Shown: positions 9,965 to 18,574, numbered from the stretch's first letter. The stretch: DNA of 64,000 nucleotides from Patescibacteria group bacterium (GCA_038064455.1 JBBTTB010000006.1:5147-69146); one strand, 5' to 3'. A program made the numbers and translations. The notes: generated from the letters alone by a model not told the origin.

Positions 9965-9984
9965 CTGCATGCTCCGATTATTGT

Positions 9985-10013
9985 TTGACGTGCGTGAAAT
10001 AACGGCGTATACC
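9985..10013 (+). promoter_or_regulatory. Promoter of paralog 1
   Basis: TTGACG-17 nt-TATACC; homologous to 10936-10964. Confidence 0.65.
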
Positions 10014-10132
10014 TATGCTGTTCGTTGCGTTCTTTCTCAACACAACATCGGCGGGCTCTACGGAGTTGACCGGTGGCTTAAAGGCTGTGGCTTTTAAGAA
10101 ATGTGGTACGACGATACCGCATAGGTGTTACG

Positions 10133-10864
10133 ATGCCTCTCAAGCAAGAGATGCTGGAAGCTGCTCCCAGGGCCGCCTCGTGGCTCGCGGAGCGATGCCT
10201 CAACACGCTGTCTCCGACAGACCGAAGGGCGGTTTTCGATGACGTGGTGCAAGAGGCGATGAACCGTAGCGATGGCGACTCCGCGTCGGCCCTCTTAGAG
10301 CTCGAGCTTCGTTACTTGGATTCTGGCGCGCTCGATCGGGTACCCACGCCAGAGACCGTGGAGGAGCAGTGTTGGGTGCGCTACCTTCTCATCGAGCATC
10401 GCTTCTTGCGCGTGGTGGAGGCTAGGTGCCTGCGTCCCAGCAGTATGGAGCCATTTGCCAACTACAAGCTGTTCGTCTGCAAAGAGGTGGCAGAGTGCTG
10501 GACGCCGACGCTTCATGGGCCCCGTGAGTTGCGGGCTTTCCGCCTTTTGGCGGCAATGGGGTGGTGTGACTCGCCAGAATATCTCGAAGCTTTTTGGGAG
10601 CGCGTTGGCGCATCTATGCCACCGTGGGCGCGCGCGATGTACGCGACTACGAGGGCGGAACAGAATAAGTTCATCGCGATCCTCCGTGAGCGCCTGGATC
10701 GGTTTCCGCGAACCGAGCCGCAGGATCCCGAGGCCGCTTTCTTGTACTGGCTTTCCTTGCCACGTGTACCTGCCGACTTGAGACGCTTGCTCGCCATGGC
10801 GTATGCGAGGATAGTCGGCCCCGACGCGATCATGCGCGGTATGATGCAGCAGCCGCGTAGCTAA
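10133..10864 (+). CDS. Hypothetical protein (paralog 1 of a tandem orphan pair)
   Basis: AGGTG SD; shares RAFR...AMGW and W.SL..VP.D.R.LLA.A..R with the next ORF. Confidence 0.8.
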   Translation: MPLKQEMLEAAPRAASWLAERCLNTLSPTDRRAVFDDVVQEAMNRSDGDSASALLELELRYLDSGALDRVPTPETVEEQCWVRYLLIEHRFLRVVEARCLRPSSMEPFANYKLFVCKEVAECWTPTLHGPRELRAFRLLAAMGWCDSPEYLEAFWERVGASMPPWARAMYATTRAEQNKFIAILRERLDRFPRTEPQDPEAAFLYWLSLPRVPADLRRLLAMAYARIVGPDAIMRGMMQQPRS

Positions 10865-10875
10865 AGCGCCAAACC

Positions 10876-10909
10876 AGCGGCCCCGGACCTGTCCCGAGGC
10901 CGCTTTTTT
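10876..10909 (+). terminator. Intrinsic terminator
   Basis: agcggcc...ggccgct followed by a T tract. Confidence 0.75.
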
Positions 10910-10935
10910 ATGTGCCTTTTATTCAACATATCTGA

Positions 10936-10964
10936 TTGACGCAAGTAAAATAATGGCGTATATC
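10936..10964 (+). promoter_or_regulatory. Promoter of paralog 2
   Basis: TTGACG-17 nt-TATATC; homologous to 9985-10013. Confidence 0.65.
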
Positions 10965-11085
10965 TATAGCTATTTGTTGCGTCCCTTAACAACTTTCGCT
11001 GCTGGGCCCTTAGGGGCTGATCGGCGACTCGGAAGCTACGGCCGACGAGCCTGTGCGACACGACGTTGTCGCGTGGAGCACCACT

Positions 11086-12261
11086 ATGGCGCTCAAGATC
11101 GAATTCTGGACATCGGCGGAGGAAATTCTCCGAATGTTGCCGTCAGTATCCGCAGCCATGGCCATGAAGTGGCTTGCGGCGCCCTCGGAAGATCAGGAAT
11201 CCTTCTTGGACGAAATCGTGATGACGGCCGCTCGGCGCTATGACGACGAGCAGACGTTTGCGCTCACCAACCTCATGTGTGCAGTGATCACTGAGCGGGA
11301 AGTTGCTGTCGCCAGAGACGGGACGGGCAACCGCTTCGAGAAGGAAAACGCTGCAAAGGCCGTCGCCGTTGAAAAGGCGCTGAAGTATCTCGACGATCTC
11401 TTCTGGCGCCTACCAGACTCTCGTGTTCAGCTCGACTATGAAACGCGCAAACCATACAACACGGCAGCGCTCACGGGAACGAAAGCGTTCATCTTCAAGC
11501 GTCTTCTGACGCAGTGGAAGTTGGCGGTGCCATCCGAGGTAAGCATCCGTGCGTTTCGTCGCGCGATCGCCATGGGGTGGCCACTCCCCGCGGAGACGAA
11601 GACCCTGCCTGGCGAAAGCGACATCGAACTGAAGGTTCGTGGGCGTTGGGTATCGGCAGATGAGCGCAAGCAGTATCTGACCACCCTACGCGAATGTCTG
11701 GGGGGTTTGACGTCGGATGACCCGGATAGCCTGTTCTCCCACTGGTTCTCACTCCAGGCGGTTCCCTCTGACATCCGGGACCTGCTTGCCATCGCGCGGA
11801 CGAGGCTGGGTGGCCACCACCTGGCATCGCGTGACGTGGTGCGTGCGGGGATGCTCAACGGCTTGCCGCAGTCGGGGGTAGAGGTGGTCGCCGCCTTGGC
11901 TGTTCGTATGCGCCTGGCCGTGGAGGGGTTGACGCGTGTCAAGGAGCTCATCGCCAAGAGTATCCCAGCACCCCACATCCACCAGAGCTACTTCCAACGA
12001 GAGAGAATCATCGCAGAAGGAGTCGAGCGTGCGGTTAAGTACGCTTTCAATTTCTCTCCCGAAACCGTGACGCTGCAAATGACTGTCATGGTGCCGGACG
12101 AGATGTACGGTTCCAACATGTACTACCCCACCGTCGACGCCATCGAGAAGGTACAGTGTAAGGGCAATCTCCTCGACATCGCAATCATGCTGCGCTTTTA
12201 CGATCCGAACGCTCGCGATCGTATCGTGAAGGAGTGCAGCATCGAGGCGGCCCCGCGCTAG
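11086..12261 (+). CDS. Hypothetical protein (paralog 2, with extra C-terminal region)
   Basis: GGAG SD before ATG 11086; motifs shared with paralog 1. Confidence 0.8.
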   Translation: MALKIEFWTSAEEILRMLPSVSAAMAMKWLAAPSEDQESFLDEIVMTAARRYDDEQTFALTNLMCAVITEREVAVARDGTGNRFEKENAAKAVAVEKALKYLDDLFWRLPDSRVQLDYETRKPYNTAALTGTKAFIFKRLLTQWKLAVPSEVSIRAFRRAIAMGWPLPAETKTLPGESDIELKVRGRWVSADERKQYLTTLRECLGGLTSDDPDSLFSHWFSLQAVPSDIRDLLAIARTRLGGHHLASRDVVRAGMLNGLPQSGVEVVAALAVRMRLAVEGLTRVKELIAKSIPAPHIHQSYFQRERIIAEGVERAVKYAFNFSPETVTLQMTVMVPDEMYGSNMYYPTVDAIEKVQCKGNLLDIAIMLRFYDPNARDRIVKECSIEAAPR

Positions 12262-12273
12262 CGGGCAACCCCG

Positions 12274-12309
12274 ACGGTCTCGAGAAGCAATTCTCGGGGC
12301 CGTTTTCTT
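12274..12309 (+). terminator. Intrinsic terminator
   Basis: acggtctcgagaa-gcaa-ttctcggggccgt followed by a T tract. Confidence 0.75.
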
Positions 12310-12488
12310 ATCAATTTACTCTTTTCGATGCATGGTGCGAGTGAAATGCTCGCGCAAAGTCCCCAGCTCGGCTGGTGGGGCTCCTGCACACCCCGCGACC
12401 ATTCGTTGTTCACGAAGATCGTGGGGTGTTTTACTTATGCACATTTCCGCTGTTGCGCGCATGCTCGGTGGGGTATACTGACTAGGTA

Positions 12489-12513
12489 GTGGTTGTAAGT
12501 GGGAAGAAGTGTT
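12489..12513 (+). promoter_or_regulatory. Probable MraZ-binding direct repeats
   Basis: GTGG/GTGG/GTGT at 10-nt spacing upstream of mraZ, plus GTGGGG near 12468. Confidence 0.6.
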
Positions 12514-12525
12514 ACATCGCAAACC

Positions 12526-12960
12526 ATGCTTATTGGCGAATACCAACACACGATTGATGCCAAGAAGCGTCTTGCGATTCCTTCAAAATTTCGCCGTGAG
12601 CTTGGTGAGCGCGCCGTTGTGACTCGAGGAGTAGACGCATGTTTGTTTGTCTTTCCTCTCCAGCACTGGGAAGTGCTCGCAGAGCGCATTGCAAATCTGC
12701 CCGTTACACAGGGGGATAGTCGGTCGTTTGCACGATTGATGCTCTCCGGCGCTACAGAAGTCGAATTTGATTCCCTCGGTCGCGTACTCATTCCCGATCA
12801 TCTCAAGAGTTACGCAGGATTGAACCGTTCAGTCGTTGTTGCGGGACTCTATAAGCGATTGGAAATCTGGGATGCCGCCGCATGGGAGCGTACCAAGCAA
12901 GAGCTTGAGAAGAATTCCGACCGTATTGCAGAGAAGCTTGGTGAATTAGGAGGCATTTAA
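12526..12960 (+). CDS. mraZ: Division/cell-wall cluster regulator MraZ
   Basis: GEYQHTIDAKKRLAIP, DSLGRVLIP, LEIWD. Confidence 0.97.
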   Translation: MLIGEYQHTIDAKKRLAIPSKFRRELGERAVVTRGVDACLFVFPLQHWEVLAERIANLPVTQGDSRSFARLMLSGATEVEFDSLGRVLIPDHLKSYAGLNRSVVVAGLYKRLEIWDAAAWERTKQELEKNSDRIAEKLGELGGI

Positions 12961-12963
12961 CGT

Positions 12964-13857
12964 ATGACGGAGCACGTACATACGCCAGTTCTTTTAGAAG
13001 AAGTTATCACGCACCTCAACCTGAATCCTGAAAAACGATTCATTGATGCGACCCTTGATGGCGCAGGTCACACCGCAGCGGTGTTGGAGCGCTACCCGGG
13101 TATTCGCATTTTGGGCATTGAGCTTGATCCGGTGCAGGTTGCACAGTTGCCGGAGCGCCGCCCAGAAGTTGCACGGCAGATTATCGTGGTAAACGATAGC
13201 TACGCGAATCTCGCGCAGATCGTTGCTGACCACATCTTTCCACCCGATGCGATCTTGATGGATCTCGGACTCTCTTCGTGGCATTACGAAGTGAGTGGCA
13301 GGGGATTCTCATTTATGCGTGATGAACCGCTTGATATGCGCTTTCAGCCCGAGACAAATCCTACGACGGCTGCGGTTATTTTAAATACCGCTTCCGTTGA
13401 TGAGCTAGAGCGCATACTGGCGACGTATGGCCAGGAACAGTTTGCAGACGCAATCGCATACGCAGTGGTTCGTGCCAGGTCGGCGACGCCCATCCGGACG
13501 ACGTTTGACCTGGTGCGGGTCATTGAAAGCACAGTTCCCGCGTGGTACCGGCATCGCAAGTTGCACTGTGCCACAAAAACGTTCCAAGCACTTCGTGTCG
13601 CAATCAATGATGAGTTGTCATCAGTTGCGAATGGTATTCGAGCTGCAATCGATGTTTTGAATCCCAGTGGACGATTAGCGGTGATCTCCTTCCAAGGCAT
13701 GGAGGACCGCATAGTCAGAGAGGCATTCAAGGCAGCGGTTGCAGGAGGAAGAGGTTCGTGGGTGACGCGAGCGACCCTTCGACCCACATGGGAAGAAGCA
13801 AAGCGAAACCCTCGAGCGCGAAGTGCAAAGCTGAAGTTATTTCAGAAGGCAGAGTAG
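12964..13857 (+). CDS. rsmH: 16S rRNA m4C1402 methyltransferase RsmH
   Basis: HTPVLLEE, DLGLSS, RGFSF..EPLDMR, FQALRVAINDEL, NPRARSAKL. Confidence 0.97.
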   Translation: MTEHVHTPVLLEEVITHLNLNPEKRFIDATLDGAGHTAAVLERYPGIRILGIELDPVQVAQLPERRPEVARQIIVVNDSYANLAQIVADHIFPPDAILMDLGLSSWHYEVSGRGFSFMRDEPLDMRFQPETNPTTAAVILNTASVDELERILATYGQEQFADAIAYAVVRARSATPIRTTFDLVRVIESTVPAWYRHRKLHCATKTFQALRVAINDELSSVANGIRAAIDVLNPSGRLAVISFQGMEDRIVREAFKAAVAGGRGSWVTRATLRPTWEEAKRNPRARSAKLKLFQKAE

Positions 13858-13884
13858 ATCAGTTCGTAGCCAGGGAGGGTAGGA

Positions 13885-14214
13885 ATGCCTTTCCCGGTCC
13901 TCGTGCGTCGTTCGAATCCTTTTTCACCATTTTCTAAACTTGTTGTGCGGTGCAACACGGCGTTCATTTCGATAGTCGTGCTATGTGTCGCGGTGTATAT
14001 TGTGCAATCAAATCGCGTAGCAACCCACACGCTTCGCGTTGGTGAATTACAGCGCGAAACTGTTGCGCTTGCCGCACAGCGTGGCATATTGCTCACGGAA
14101 TCATTTGCCGCCGAAGAACCAGAGCAATTATCGTCATTTGCGCAGAGTCACGCATTCGTTGCTTCACATATGCCCGTACACCTGTTTGAATCAAGCAATG
14201 TCGCACGGCGCTAG
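13885..14214 (+). CDS. FtsL-like small bitopic membrane protein
   Basis: Lies between rsmH and the PBP; single TM plus short coiled coil; start uncertain. Confidence 0.55.
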   Translation: MPFPVLVRRSNPFSPFSKLVVRCNTAFISIVVLCVAVYIVQSNRVATHTLRVGELQRETVALAAQRGILLTESFAAEEPEQLSSFAQSHAFVASHMPVHLFESSNVARR

Positions 14215-14229
14215 AAGAAGTTTTGTACC

Positions 14230-15954
14230 ATGAAGCGAATTGTACACGAACATACTCGGGTTTTTCTGTTGACGGCGGCATTTATTGCCGCCTTCGTGCT
14301 TGCGGGGTATCGCCTTATTGTGCTTGCGGGGGTGCAGCACGAAGAGTATACAAAGCAGGCGCGCGCACAATCGGAGCGTGCCACAACGCTCGTAGCTCGA
14401 GGGAATATCTTCTTCCAAAACGCTGGTGATATTCGACCAATCGCTGCGGTAAACCGTCGTTTTCCCTTCATCGTGGTTCATACGAGTAATACTGAACCAG
14501 AATTACGTGAGGGAATCGCTGACGCGCTTGCAACGGTGACCGGCGCATCAAAAGACTCCCTCATAACACTTCTAGCGCGTGAGAATAAAGAGCGCACGTT
14601 GCCGTACCGTCTTACAGAAGAGCAAGCGCGTGTCGTAGCCGATTTAGAGCTACCCGGGATTGGTATCGCGTATGCGCTAGATCGCGAGTATCCTAGTGGC
14701 ACCCTTGCGGCTGATGTGCTCGGATTTGTTGGCTACAATGAACAGGGGCGTGCGGGGCAATACGGCATCGAGTCGCGATTTGAAGATGCGCTTTCAGGCT
14801 CGCTTTCACGAAGAAGCTTTTTTGCTGTGACGAATCCAATCAGTATTATTCGCTCACTCATTGGCGGCGAGAGCGCTCGTGCGGAAGAGTCAGATCAGCC
14901 GCGCGATATTATTCTTACACTTGATCACACCATCCAAGCATACGTTGAGAATGCGCTTGATTCAGTGATCACAAAATGGAAAGCAGTGGGGGGTTCCGCA
15001 ATTGTACAGGATCCTCGCACTGGGCGTATTCTCGCGATGGTAGATCGCCCCACATTCAATCCAAACGAGTACCGTACGAGTAAGACAGAGGCATTTTTGA
15101 ATAGTTCTGTGCAGAATATTTTTGAACCGGGCTCCACGTTTAAGCCATTTACGATGGCGGCGGGTCTTGATACCAATGCGCTCACACCACAGACCACCTA
15201 CTATGATACGGGGTCAGTTGAGGTTGCTGATCGTGTTATTAAAAATTCAACACAACGTCCTGCGGGAACGCGAACAATGACACAAGTACTCGAGCTTTCG
15301 TTGAACACGGGGACAGTGTTTGCTGCGAAATTGATAGGCGCGGAAAAATTTCGTGAGTACATGGTGAACCTTGGGTTTGGTCAGCCAACGGGGATCGATC
15401 TCCCAGGTGAAGTGAGCGGCGATATCTCAAATCTTTACTCGGGGCGGGAAATTAACACCATGACGGCTTCATTCGGACAGGGTATCGCAGTGACTCCTAT
15501 TCAACTGGTGAATGCATTAAGCGCCATTGCAAATGGTGGCAGGCTTATGCGCCCACTTATTGTAGATCGCATTATTACGGGAACCCGAGAAGAAATCATA
15601 GAGCCCGAGGTGGTTACCATTCCATTTTCTGAACGTACGGCGAGTCGTCTCCAAACGATGCTTACGAGCGTTATCGACAATGGCTATGATGCTGGTGGGC
15701 GTATCGCGGGCTATGATATCGCTGGAAAGACGGGCACAGCACAGATTTCAGGGCCAGACGGCAAGTATCTCGACGGTATTTTTATTCACACCTTTATCGG
15801 ATTTGCGCCATCGTATGATGCGCGCTATACCGTGCTATTAAAACTGGACCGACCACAAGGTGTGACGTATGCGTCTAATAGTCTTGTGCCAACATTTAAA
15901 GATATCATGCAATTTTTGTTGACCTATGGTACCGTACCACCATCACGACGATAA
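14230..15954 (+). CDS. ftsI: Class B penicillin-binding protein (FtsI/PBP2 family)
   Basis: EPGSTFK (SxxK), SLN (SxN), KTGTAQ; dcw context. Confidence 0.88.
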   Translation: MKRIVHEHTRVFLLTAAFIAAFVLAGYRLIVLAGVQHEEYTKQARAQSERATTLVARGNIFFQNAGDIRPIAAVNRRFPFIVVHTSNTEPELREGIADALATVTGASKDSLITLLARENKERTLPYRLTEEQARVVADLELPGIGIAYALDREYPSGTLAADVLGFVGYNEQGRAGQYGIESRFEDALSGSLSRRSFFAVTNPISIIRSLIGGESARAEESDQPRDIILTLDHTIQAYVENALDSVITKWKAVGGSAIVQDPRTGRILAMVDRPTFNPNEYRTSKTEAFLNSSVQNIFEPGSTFKPFTMAAGLDTNALTPQTTYYDTGSVEVADRVIKNSTQRPAGTRTMTQVLELSLNTGTVFAAKLIGAEKFREYMVNLGFGQPTGIDLPGEVSGDISNLYSGREINTMTASFGQGIAVTPIQLVNALSAIANGGRLMRPLIVDRIITGTREEIIEPEVVTIPFSERTASRLQTMLTSVIDNGYDAGGRIAGYDIAGKTGTAQISGPDGKYLDGIFIHTFIGFAPSYDARYTVLLKLDRPQGVTYASNSLVPTFKDIMQFLLTYGTVPPSRR

Positions 15955-15956
15955 CG

Positions 15957-17255
15957 ATGTCTTATAAACGACTCACGTTAGAAATGGTTCTTAAAGCGCT
16001 CGCTCGAGTGCTTGTATGGCGTTATAGGCCTTTGATTATCGGCGTTACGGGTAATGTGGGGAAGACTTCAACAAAAGAAGCTATCACAACAGTAGTGCGC
16101 ACGCGTATGACGGTGCGAGCAAGTCCTGGAAATCTCAATAACGATATTGGCCTCCCGCTTTCTATTTTGGGTGATTGGGGAGACGCATACTACCATCAAG
16201 GCCCTTCTTTGGCTTTTTGGGTACGAGTTATTGGTTCTGCGGTGCGCGATTGTATTGTGCGTAGCTCGACATATCCGCGGGCGCTGGTACTCGAGTATAG
16301 TGCCGATCGACCTAAAGATATCTCTCGACTTGCGCGTCTCTTTAAGCCGCACATCGCTGTGGTGACGGCAATTGGAGACATCCCCGTGCACGTAGAGTTT
16401 TTCCGTTCTCCCGATGCGGTAGCCCGTGAAAAAAGTGCACTCGTACACGCACTCCTTCCTTCAGATTATGTCATTCTGAACGCAGATGATGAACGGGTGC
16501 TTGATATGCGTCTTTCTGCAAGGGCTCGCGTACGGACGTTTGGTTCTCAAAAAACCGCATCGGCGTCTTTCTCACATGAAGCTCCTTGGATTGAAGACGG
16601 TGTTATGAAGGGTATGGTATGCAAGGTACACTATGATGGCGGCTTTGTACCTGTGCGTATTCCGGGAGTACTTGGTCGCACAACATGCTATGCCGTTGCC
16701 GCGGCCGCCGCAGTGGGGCACATTTTGCATGTAAATGCCCTTGCGATGAGCGAGGCTTTTTCTAGCTACCGATCTCCCGCGGGACGATTACGCATTCTCT
16801 CTGGTATCAAACACACAACTATTATTGATGACACATATAACGCCGCTCCGGCAGCTATGCGCATGGCCTTAGAGACATTGCGTGATGTACCTGCGCGACG
16901 AAAGGTCGCGGTGCTTGGTGACATGCTTGAGCTGGGCGGATTTACTATAGAAGCGCATGAAGCTATCGGTAATAGTGTGCATGCTATTGCACAACGCCTC
17001 GTGTGTGTTGGCGAACGAGCGGCGCTCATTGGCCGCGTTGCTGAAAAACACATGCCAAAGGATGCGGTGCAATACGCACATACCGCAGATGAAGCCAAGC
17101 TCTTAGTGCAAGACCTTCTTGAAGAGGGTGACCTGGTGCTTGTGAAGGGCTCGCAGGGGATGCGCATGGAAAAGATTGTGGCAGAAGTGATGGCAGAGCC
17201 TCAACTCGCGAAAGAGTTGTTGGTGCGCCAGTATGGCCACTGGCTTGCCTCATAG
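15957..17255 (+). CDS. murF: UDP-MurNAc-tripeptide:D-Ala-D-Ala ligase MurF
   Basis: GVTGNVGKTSTK, NNDIGLP, DDTYNA, LGDMLELG, VKGS. Confidence 0.93.
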   Translation: MSYKRLTLEMVLKALARVLVWRYRPLIIGVTGNVGKTSTKEAITTVVRTRMTVRASPGNLNNDIGLPLSILGDWGDAYYHQGPSLAFWVRVIGSAVRDCIVRSSTYPRALVLEYSADRPKDISRLARLFKPHIAVVTAIGDIPVHVEFFRSPDAVAREKSALVHALLPSDYVILNADDERVLDMRLSARARVRTFGSQKTASASFSHEAPWIEDGVMKGMVCKVHYDGGFVPVRIPGVLGRTTCYAVAAAAAVGHILHVNALAMSEAFSSYRSPAGRLRILSGIKHTTIIDDTYNAAPAAMRMALETLRDVPARRKVAVLGDMLELGGFTIEAHEAIGNSVHAIAQRLVCVGERAALIGRVAEKHMPKDAVQYAHTADEAKLLVQDLLEEGDLVLVKGSQGMRMEKIVAEVMAEPQLAKELLVRQYGHWLAS

Positions 17256-17307
17256 GCCATTGCTGTGGCATACTAGATGTCGTTTTAGCATGTTGGCGTA
17301 GCATACT

Positions 17308-17382
17308 GGCCCTGTCGTCTAGCCCGGTCTAGGACACTAGATTCTCATTCTAGTAACACGGGTTCAAATCCCGTCGGGGCTA
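17308..17382 (+). tRNA. tRNA-Glu(CTC), CCA not encoded
   Basis: GGCCCTG/CGGGGCT acceptor stem, anticodon arm ctaga-ttCTCat-tctag, T arm acggg-TTCAAAT-cccgt. Confidence 0.93.
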
Positions 17383-17442
17383 CAAATACACAAAGACCCC
17401 CGGGCGGGGTTTTTGTGTATTTAGACCCTGTTGGATTTGAAC
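17362..17442. repeat. Long imperfect inverted repeat spanning the tRNA-Glu 3' end, a terminator-like hairpin and an antisense copy of the T arm
   Basis: gttcaaatcc...aaatacacaaagacccc / ggggtttttgtgtattt...ggatttgaac. Confidence 0.8.
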
Positions 17443-17483
17443 AAGTTATTAATTTATGTTAAAAGTCTTTTTAAGGAGGAGAA

Positions 17484-17687
17484 ATGCAACTACGCTATTG
17501 GCTACAAGTCCAAGGGTGTCCGAAGCATGAAGTGACCAGAGAGCGGTTCATCCAAGCAGAAAGAAACGCTGGGTTTTACCCAAAGAGCGGGAGCGGGGAC
17601 GTGTTGGCAACGGGCGGGTTCTCCAGCGGGGACATCTTGGGATCGATCACCTACGAAGAAAGTGCGGCGGAGAAGAAGGGATCCTAA
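17484..17687 (+). CDS. Small hypothetical protein (67 aa)
   Basis: Strong AAGGAGG SD; ORF lies between tRNA-Glu and rplU. Confidence 0.65.
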   Translation: MQLRYWLQVQGCPKHEVTRERFIQAERNAGFYPKSGSGDVLATGGFSSGDILGSITYEESAAEKKGS

Positions 17688-17794
17688 CCATCCCCCACAA
17701 GCGTCCCTAGGGACTCGCTGACCGAGAACGGTCTTTTTTCATAGAGGGGGGTCTTTTCTTGACCTTTTAGGTGTTTCTGCTATCATGGCACCTT

Positions 17795-18109
17795 ATGACA
17801 TTTGCTGTTATTCAGACTGGTGGCAAACAATACAAAGTCGCTGTTGGCGACATTCTTGATATTGAAAAACTCGATGCCGCCGAGGGATCTGAAGTTACCT
17901 TTTCGGAGGTACTTCTTACTGCCGACGACAAAGACATTTCCGTCGGCCAGCCAATCGTAGAGAAAGCGAAGGTAACTGCCCAAGTGCTAGAGCAGGGCAA
18001 GGGCGAGAAGAAAATGGTCTTTCGCTTCAAGGCAAAAACTCGTTACCGTAAAAAGAAAGGCCACCGTCAACTATTCACGAAAGTGAAAATCATCAACATC
18101 TCCGCATAA
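17795..18109 (+). CDS. rplU: 50S ribosomal protein L21
   Basis: FAVIQTGGKQYKV, KKGHRQ. Confidence 0.97.
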   Translation: MTFAVIQTGGKQYKVAVGDILDIEKLDAAEGSEVTFSEVLLTADDKDISVGQPIVEKAKVTAQVLEQGKGEKKMVFRFKAKTRYRKKKGHRQLFTKVKIINISA

Positions 18110-18175
18110 CGGAGATGTTGTCTTTTTTCGCCGTTGTGGCATAATAGACTCTTCCTTTTAGAGGAACGGAGGGTT

Positions 18176-18379
18176 ATGCCAACAGTGCAGTGTCCCAATT
18201 GTGGCGGAGACGTCTCGTTGATCGGTGGTTCGGATCGTATCCCGACCCGTGCGATGTCTTGCCGTCTCTGCGGTAAGACGCTCGAAGAGGCTCAGGATGC
18301 CGCTCAGCGACTTTCTGAGAAGAACGTCCTTTCGAAGGGCGGCACCGGAGAAGTGATCTGTGACATGCCCGGTCTGTAA
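18176..18379 (+). CDS. Small zinc-ribbon protein (CPNC...CRLC)
   Basis: GGAGG SD; TTGTCT/CATAAT promoter; two CxxC pairs. Confidence 0.65.
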   Translation: MPTVQCPNCGGDVSLIGGSDRIPTRAMSCRLCGKTLEEAQDAAQRLSEKNVLSKGGTGEVICDMPGL

Positions 18380-18530
18380 CGAATCGCGTAACGTAGTCGG
18401 TATGCACCTTTTCTGCGTTCGTTGCGGGAAGGTGTCTGAACCCCGCACCGAGAGGGTTGCTACCATACTTAAAGATCAGCCGCGCATCACGCGGCCGTCG
18501 CAACCTCCCAGAATGCCACTCTGCACCTAG
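18360..18530 (+). CDS. Second small zinc-ribbon protein (CPVC...CVRC), 56 aa, absent from the ORF track
   Basis: GGAG 9 nt before GTG 18360; reads MTCPVCNESRNVVGMHLFCVRCGKVSEPR... Confidence 0.55.
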   Translation: MTCPVCNESRNVVGMHLFCVRCGKVSEPRTERVATILKDQPRITRPSQPPRMPLCT

Positions 18531-18544
18531 TGTGTGGGGAGGCG

Positions 18545-18574
18545 CAGGCCAAGGATTCGTCCTTGGCCTCTTTA
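18545..18574. terminator. Terminator between convergent genes
   Basis: aggccaagga-ttcg-tccttggcct. Confidence 0.8.

Noticed and set aside
9486-9988. ORFs across the tRNA-linked repeats
   Set aside because: They are GC-rich hairpin repeats that overlap the tRNA, have no SD and translate repetitively; most likely spurious
9448-12309. Classical integrase-borne genomic island at tRNA-Val
   Set aside because: No integrase, and no distal attR copy after the cargo genes within the window
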